Assembly (NCBI GenBank): GCA_005773095.1
Contig: SXHT01000107.1
Coordinates: forward strand, 1-61,615
Direction of reading: 5' to 3'
DNA: 61,615 nt
Source of the DNA: Planctomycetaceae bacterium
GTDB taxonomy: Bacteria > Planctomycetota > Planctomycetia > Pirellulales > PALSA-1355
The notes under the pieces were generated by a model. It was not told the DNA's origin. It did not search any database and saw only the letters and a list, made by a program, of their open reading frames with translations. Below, one piece after another: positions 42,601-51,600 of the stretch (within the stretch, counting starts at the first letter, position 1; each line of letters begins with the position of its first letter). A program made the position numbers and the translations under genes.

Positions 42601-45600
42601 CTTCGAGATTTGGATTGTGGCCATACCAGCGACGGACGTTGGAAAAAAAGGCCGGCAAGTCGCCGTCAGTAATAATTTGCTGTCCAGCCGGGCCCGCCAG
42701 CACGCCGGCCGCAAGGACCGACATCAAGCTCACCAGTTCTGGGTCCTGGCGAATCGCCGGCGGCACGTCTTCCGGCCGGAGCAAACCAGCGGACGCCAGC
42801 GCGGCGAGATATAAATCGGACCAGGTTTGTAGATCGGCGGCCAATACGGCCAAAGACTGCGACGCCGTGGGATCGGCCAGGATGGCATCGCGGAGGTGAG
42901 CGGCCTCGGCCCGCTGCCGCGCGATGAATTCGTCGCGCGAAAGCGGAGTGGCCGCTGCCAGGATGTGGAAGCGGAACGCGACGGCTGCGGGGTCAACATC
43001 GCTCAATGGGCCGCCGATTTCGGTGACGTCCTTGAAAACTTTGGCCAGCTCTGGATCAATCTTCGCTAAGCCATCGATGCCCTCTTTTAGGAATTCCGCG
43101 TATTCGGGATAGAAGCCGGCAATCTGCTCTGCCAGCTCGGCAAAGTTCTTGTCGAAGATGCCACTGAGACCGGGATAGGTATGGGCGGTGAAGCTGAGTC
43201 CTGCCAAACTTCCGTTGGCGAGATCGACTGCGTAACCGGGCGCGAGGATTTCGCCGGTGGTGTTGACCGCCGAAGCCAGATCGGCCCACGGCACGCCGGG
43301 CACGGCGGGCGCGCCGCCCAAATTGCTGCTAAACACAACGTGTCGCAGACCGAATACGATGGGATTCAGTCCCAGCTCGGGCACGCCGAATTGGAAGTAG
43401 ACGTAGGGGAGATCGACGTTGGTCAGATTTTGAATCGACAGACCATAACGGCCGACTTCGCCCGGGGCCAACACACGATCGCCCCCCAGCCCGACGCGGA
43501 CTTCCGGCTCGATGGCCCGCTCGACCAGGTAGCGATAAGGCACGATGGCCGCTTGCCCGCCCGGATTGATCACCTTGACGTCGTACAAACCGTGCGGGGC
43601 GTCGCGCAAGTCGAAGACGGCGACAATCTTTGTGTTGTTCACCACCTGGTAGCGCACTGGCTCGTACTCGGCGATGCCGGGGCGGACCAGCTTCACAATC
43701 GCTGTCGGGGCGAACTGTGCGCCGGTGATGGTCGCGGTCACGTATCGGCTGTCGCCGCCGTGGTCCGATGTCACATCGGTAATGCCGAACGGCAGTACTT
43801 CGGCCCTCAATGTGACGGGCGTGTTATCGCCGGGTTCGGATTGTCCGTGGATGAGCACGAAATAGGTGCCGGCCTCGGTGCGCGGAATGACGGCCGTCTG
43901 ATTCGCCTGCAATGGTCCGCTGTAGGCGGCGTCGAATTGGAACGAGGTCGGTGCGGCGTTGAAGCGGACAAATAGTTCGTTCGAAGCGCCGCTGGCCGGC
44001 GTGGTGAGGCTCAGCTTGAGCGTCGCACCTGCCGCGACGGTGACTTGAAAGAGGTGGTCCTCGCCCGTGTCAAGCGTTGTGTTCAGCGGCACGTCCAATT
44101 GCAGCGCGTCGACCGTTACGTTGAGCGCGTTGGCCGAGGTCGTGCGATTGTTTGACTCGTCGGTCGCCTCATAGACCTGGTTGTAGATGTCGGGCCGGAC
44201 GATCACGCGATACGAGCCGGGCGTGGCCGGCGGCAATTTTGTCCGCAGGATGGATTCGTACGAGGCGCTCGGGTCGAGCGGCCCCGCGTGCTCCACACGG
44301 CCCAGCAGCCGATCGTTGATATCCCAGGTTGCGTCCTGCGAGAGATAGGCCGCGTCGGCCCAGCGGCCGCTAGCCGGGAAAACGGCATGGTTCGACACGC
44401 TCCAGCGAATTTCGACTTCCTCGCCGGAGCGAGCCGCGGGTGGAACCGTGATGCTGTCGACCACGAGATCGGCCGGCGGCGGCAGCTCGATGATGAGCGG
44501 CTGAGCGCTGGCTCGCGAGTTATTGTTTTCGCGACTGCTTTCGAAGACGTCGCCGCGGAGACCGTTTCGCGTCGGATCGGTAATGACGAAGACGTAATAA
44601 TCGCCGATCAGGTCGCGCGGCGCCTTGAATGCCTGGTTGGCTGTGTAGCTCGCGCTGGCCGCCAGCCCACCGGTGTGAAAAATCGAACCGAGGAAGCGGT
44701 CGCGCTCGAGGTCCAGCAGCTGATCGCGTGACAGGTAGATGAGATCGGTCCAATTTCCCTGCCTCGGTGGCGTAGCGCCCGCGCCCGTGTTGGTGACGGT
44801 GTACGACAGGTCGAAATCCTGTCCGGCGATGGTTCGCGGGGGCACGGCCAGCGACGTAACCTGCAGATCGGCGGGCGCGGCGAGCACGACAGACAAGGGC
44901 TCGGCCGTGATGTTGTTGCCTTCGCCTTGAAATTCTGCAATCAGCTGTTGGGCATCGACATAGACCAGCACATAAAAATCGCCGCCAATACCGTCGGGCA
45001 GAGTAAATTCCAGGCTGCTGGAATAGGAGCCGCCCGTGGCGAGAACGCCCAAGCGAAGTTGATCGCCGACGAATAAATCACTCGAATCGAGCGAGGGATC
45101 GCGCGATAAAAACACTGTATCACGCCAAGCGCCGTCACGTGTCGCCCGATTGCCCAGATTGGTGACTGTCCAGGCAACGTTGATCGTTTCACCCGAGAAT
45201 GGCGGCGTTGACGGAACGGTGAGGCTGGTGACGGTAAGGTCCGGCTCGCGATAGGTCACGGTCAACGGCACGCCGGAACTGCGGTTGTTGTCTTCGTTGG
45301 TTCCTTCGTAAACCTGAGACCTGCGATCGATAGATTCAAACGGCCCGGGCTGGCGATCGGTGAAAACGTAGATATAACGCGTGCCGCCGATGCCGCTGGG
45401 CAACAGGACCTGGCCGGATTGTGTATAGCTTTGCCCTGGGCCGAGCGGCGTTTGATTGCTATGCGCGAAGCTGCCGAGCCGCGTGGCGCGAGACGGCAGG
45501 AACGTCGCGTCCGGCGAAATCCAGACTTCGTCGCCCCACAATCGCGTGCCGGACCAGACTTCGTTGCCGAAGTTGGTGACGGTCCACTGAACGGTCGTGA

Positions 45601-48600
45601 GCTCGCCGGAAAAATTGTCGGGCTGAGTCACCACCGACACCGTGCGCAAGTCGGCCGGACGCGCCGTGACGAGCGACGGCGCCGAGCGGGAGTTGTTGTT
45701 TGTGAGCGGGCCTTCCCAGGCCTGGCCGTTCGGATTTGTCTGAACGATCACGTACTGTCCGATTTGCTCGGGCAGCAACTCAAACGTCTGCTGGGCCGAG
45801 TAACTTTCCCCGATTCCCAGAGCGCCGTCGTGCGTCCGCGAGCCGAGGATCGACTGCGTGGCGCCGGGCGCGTTGAGTGTGGGGGCCGTCGACAGATAAA
45901 CCGTGTCGGACCACCGTCCGCTTTGGGTTTCGTTCGAGCCGTGGTTGGCGACGGTCCACTCGACGACCAGGGGCTGGATCGACGAGGCCTGGGGCGATGC
46001 CACGACCGCGGTCACCGTCAAATCGGGCGGCGGCACAAGCAGAATCGTAATCGGCCGGGCCTTGTAGTTGTTGCCGTCCAGTTCATTCGGGTCGTCGGGA
46101 TTCACATTCTCGCTGAAAGTGTTTTCGGTCACCACGTCGAGCGAATCGGACCAGGCAGTAATGTAATATTGACCCGAGAGATTTGCCGGCAACGTGACGG
46201 TGACCACTCGCTCGTAGCTGTCGCCGACGGCTAGCGAGCCGGAGTGCCCAAACGTGCCCAGTTGAAAGTCGCCCGGTATTTCTCCATCGGGGCTGTACCT
46301 GACCCCGCGTGGTCGCGAAACGCCGTGAGTCAACCACACCGTGTCGGTCCAAAAATCGCGGTCCGTTTCGCCCGCTCCGCGATTGGTCACCGTCCAGCGG
46401 ACTTGAACCTGCGAACCGTCGAAGGCCTGCACCGGGACGGCGACGTTCGACGTCACCAGGTCGGCCGGCGGCAAGCCCTGAATGGTGATCGGAACGGCCA
46501 GCGTATTGTTGTCATCGTTGGGATATTCGTCGACCTGACTGCCAGCGTCGGTCTGCACGATGAGATATGCAGGGCCGCGATATTGCCGGGGGATGGTCAA
46601 GCTGCCAGTGACCGTGCGATACCGTTCGCCAGGCGCCAGCGCGGCACCGCGATCGAGCGTTCCGATGACGATGTCGTCATTGGTCACGCGGTTATCAAGC
46701 GACAAGAACACGCGGTCTTGCCAAACGGGCGAATTGGTGGCGACCGTTCCTTGATTGAGAATGTTGAACGCCAGCGACACCGTGCCGCCCGCCGACGCGG
46801 TTGTGGGGCCGTCAATCAGCTCCACCTGTAAATCAGGCCGCGGGGCCAAAGTGACGAGCAGCGTTTGGTCGTCGACGGTGGTGTTATTGGCGGTGGCCAG
46901 GTGCTCGTAGAGCGAGTTGGCGGCATTCGTCGTGACCACGACCTGGTACAGCCCTTGCAGCGTCGACGGCAGCTCGAACTGTTCGAGCCGGCGATAGAAC
47001 GTGCCGGCTTGCAACTCGGCCGTGTAGTTGAACGATCCCAATTCGATCGTCTGACCTTGCGGATTGTCGGCCTGGCGCAAATAGACGTGGTCGGTCCAAC
47101 CGCCCGCCGCCGGGCCGGTGCCGTCGTTGCGAACCGTCCAGCTGACGTCGAATTTGTTGCCGGAGACAACGGCGGACGGGGCCGTGATTTCGTTAACGAC
47201 AAGATCAGGCGACGGCGTCAGCGTCACGGTGGTGGCATTCGAAACACGGTGGTTGTTATCCGTGTAGACGAATTCGAACGGACCGCCAGTTGTGACGACG
47301 ACATAAGCCGTGCCGCTGACGCCGTTGGGCAGCGTCACTTCGGCAGTCCGTTGGTAGCTGCCGCCAACTGCCAACGGACCGGTATGAGTGAACGCACCCA
47401 GGTTGGCGATCAAGTTTGTACCAGCCAGATCACGGACGAGGGCAACGTTGTCGCCCCAACCAATCCTGTCGGTCACGCCGATCCCTTGGTTTGTTACCGT
47501 CCAGGAAACGGACATCGTCCGACCGCTCTCGGCAGTGACGGGAATGGCCACGGACGAGACGACCAGGTCAGCGTAGGGAGCGGTCACGACGTCGAAGAAA
47601 TTGGGCGCCTCGGCAATATTGTTGGCCTCCAGACCGTTCTCGAACACAGCAGAACGTGCGTCCGTTTTCACAAACAAGTGGAAGCGGCCCTGAAACGCGG
47701 GCGGTAGTAGGAACGACTCTTGGCGAATGTAGTTCTGGTTGACGGCGAGCGCGCCGGTGTGATCGAAGGAGCCAAGTACGACATCGTCGGCATTGCCGAC
47801 GATCGTGTCGGCGGACGCGATCACGCGGTCTGTCCACGAGTTGGTGAGGCCAACGCCCGTGCCCACATTGCGCACTTCCCAGCCGATCGTGACCTGGGCC
47901 GGGTCGCCAATCGTCAGCTGCGGCGCTGTGACATTCATCGCCACGAGATCGGCATAAGGCGCTAACTCGATTGTTAACGGGGACGAGACAATGTTATCGC
48001 CTTCATCGCCTTGCTCGTTGACCTGCTGAAGCGCGTCGGACACCAGCAACAAGAAGCGAGGGCCTGAAATATCGACAGGAATCGGCACGTCGAACGAGAG
48101 CGGATAACTGCCGTCCGCTAAGAGAGGTCCGCTATGCCCAGTTTCGGCCACTTGCAGATCGGCCGCATCCAGCGTGGTGTTGGTCGAAAGATAGACGCGA
48201 TCAACCCAGCTACCGAGGGCGGGCGCCGTGCCGCGGCTTTCGACCTGGCCGAAAAGCGTGATCGTCGACCCGGAGATGGCCGCGTCCAACACGGCCGTCA
48301 ACGATGGCACAAGATTTGGATGACCGATTTGAATGACGGCGGACGCCAAGGTGTTGTTCGCTTCGTTATCTCCTTCGAACACGAGCGACGTTGCATCGGT
48401 GACGACAACAATGCGATAGGCGCCGTCGGCCAGGGCGGGGATGTTAACGCTCGTCGAACCAACGTACGTCTCATTGGCGGGCAAACTCGCCGGATGCTCG
48501 ATCGTTGCCAGGAGCTGAGCGCCGGCTACATCGCCGCTCGCCGACAAGTAGACTCGGTCAAGCCAGGGGCCGTCGGCGATGCGAGTGCCGGAATTTCTTA

Positions 48601-51600
48601 CTGTCCAAGAAACCGGCACCACCTGCCCGGGCTGGCCGGACGCCGCGGCTGTGATGCTGGAAACAATCAAATCGGGGTCCGGCCGTCGCGTGATTGCGAC
48701 CGGCACGAGCGTGCGGCCTGAATTGTTTCCCTCGAACTGCGCCTCAAAAACCTGGTCGCTGACGTCCGTGACGACAAATACATGAAAGTCGCCGCCGATG
48801 CCGTGGGGCAACGTCGCGACTGCTTGCGCCGTGTAGGTGTCGCCGGCGGCGAGCGGCCCCTGGTGAGTGATTGTGGTCAGCACGTAGTCGCCGTCGTCGA
48901 GCACGTCGTCTGCCGACAACAGCACTCGCTCGCTCCACGTCGTCGTGTTGGGAGCGGCGATGCCGACGTTACGAACCCGCCAGGTTACGTCAAGCGGACC
49001 ACCGCTTACGGCTGCGCCGTCGGGCGTGACGATTTCGACGATTAGATCGGCAAACGGCCGGATGACCGTTATCGGTAGGGGCTGGGAATTGTTATTGGCC
49101 TCGCCAGCGCCCTCGGCCACCTGACCCAGAGCGTCGGTGCGCACGAATAGAAAGAAATTGCCATTCAAGCCGGCCGGCAAGCTGACGATGAGCGTTTTGC
49201 TGTACTGGGCGTTGTGGGCGAGCGCGCCGTCGTGTACCGCGTTCGCAACGACTTGATCGTCCGCATCGCCGAGCAGATTGTTGCTGCTAAGAATGACGCG
49301 ATCGGTCCATTGTTCGGCCGTCGTGGCCGATTGCCCTTCGTTGGTGACGGTCCACGACACGGCGACCTGGGCCGGGCTGCCGACGACCGGTTCGATGGGG
49401 CCGCTCAGCGCACTGACGACCAGGTCCGCCGCTACGCTGACCTGCGTCACCTGGATCGCCACATCGTCGATTGTTTCGCCCGGCGCGCCGTCTGCATCCT
49501 GATCCATCAAGTTGCCGGCCAGGTCGGCAATGTTTGGACCAATTTGGATTGTGTAGACGCCCGGATCGTTCTGCGGAGGCAATGTGACCACAAACGAAGT
49601 CCCGCTGCCGTCGATCGACAATGGCGCGATCGTCTGGGCCGACGGGCCGCGAATCGAAACGTCGGCCGTGGTGAACGTCGCCGGATCGATCGGCTCGCTG
49701 AAATCAATCGGCCAACCGGCAAGCGGCGCGACAACAGTGCCGCCGGCGATTGGTGCGCCGGACGCAATCCATAGCGGTTGACTGGCCGGCACGCCGCCGC
49801 CGAGTACCCCGTCATTCGCCTCAGCGTCGTCGATTACCAAATCGCCGGCCCCTTCGTCGAACGCCCAGTGGCCGACGAGCGCCGCTTCGCCACCGGTCAA
49901 CCGTCGGCTCATCGCGCCCTGAATTTCCGCGTCGCTGCGGACGGTGTTCCAGACGCGGACGTCATCGAGCGCGCCATGTAAACGGAACGCGTCCTCCGCA
50001 CGGCCCACCTGAAACGTTGCGGCGACGTCAGGCACCGGCATGCTGCTTTGCGCCGTGCCGTCGGGCTGTCCGTCGCGATAGAAGGTATAGTTGTTGCCGT
50101 CTTTGACCACGGCCAGGTGATACCACTGGCCGACGACGGGCGTCCACGGGGATGAAGCGAGAAATACGAATCCGAAGGTCGGATTGTTGATGTGAAAGAA
50201 GGTTACGTTCGAGACGAAATAGTTGTTGGCGTAACCGAAGATCCATTTGTTGATGTGTCCAGGTCCCGGGTCTTTACTTACAAACGGGGCGATGGTCGAG
50301 TTGGGCTGAGAATCGAATCGCACCCAAGCTTCGATCGTCGCGCTGCCCGCCAGGTCGAGGGCATTATCGGCCGGATCGCCCATGTCGACGAAGTCGTTGG
50401 CGCCGTCGAACTGCAACGCGTTGCCCGAGCCGGTTTCCCGCGGCAGCACCCGCGGGCCGACCGTATCGATCTGCACAGTGATGGTGCTCGAAACCGGTGC
50501 GAACGATTCGGCGGTGAATCTGGCCGCCGCGTCGTACGCACCGTAGGCGAGCGTCGGGGTGGTGAACGAATAAGTGCCTGCCGCAGTGACGATTTGCGTC
50601 GCTTCGTACGTGCCGTTGCCGTCAAAATCAACTTCAATCGTGCCGGCGCGGTTGACCGTCACGTCGAAGGTCGGTGTGTTGTCGTTGGTTAGATTATCGG
50701 TGTCGGAAGCGCCCGAATCACTCGACGTGCTCAGATCGATCGTGACCGCTGGCGGGCCTTGAAACGTAATCACGGCATCGAGACCGGTGGTGTCGAAGAA
50801 AAAATTGCCGTTGCCAAACCCGACCGTGAAATCGATTGTCTGACCGGCCAGAATGTTGAGATTCTGGAAGAAAGTCTGCGTGCTTCCCTGCCCATTGATC
50901 GCGCCGCTGAAGAGCTGCTCTGACTGTCGCAGCACGGCCACATCGGTGCTCGCTGAATCCATTCCTGTAAACGTGACGGCGACCGAATACTGGCCCGACT
51001 TCGGCGCCGTCCAGCGGACGACGCTGTTTTGCCCGGCGCTGCCGGGGTGAACTGCGAGCCTGCCCGAAGCTAGGAGACCAACCGGGCTGGCCGTTCCGTT
51101 ATATGCGACGGCGGGCGCGCCAAGGCTGATGATCGCCGGATCAATCCAATGATCGACACCGTTGATTTGGCTGCGCGTGGGAAATACCTGCAACGGACTA
51201 CCGCGCGAGGCCGACCAGCCGTACGTCCACTCGCCCCCCGGATTCGCGTAGGGCGAAAAATCATCGGCAGCGGAGTAGACGGTTTTTTCCGGCGTCACGG
51301 TCAGCACAACGCTGGCCTCTTCCGATTGCGTCTGGCTGTCGCTCACTTCGTAGCCGAAATCGGCATACGGAGCGCCGACGTCGTCTGTTTGCGGCGCGAA
51401 GATTACGCGCCGCCGCGAATCGGTTACCAGCGTCCCAACCGAAGTAATCGCCGCGCCGCGCGTCGTGCCGTCGCTGGTTTGGAACAACGTGCCGCGCTGC
51501 GGAAGGCGCGTAATTGCGGCGGTCAGCGGCGCACCGACGACATCGTATACGGGCAGCGGCACGGTCGCGTCCGTGTTTTCCTCCAGGGTTACCGGCAACT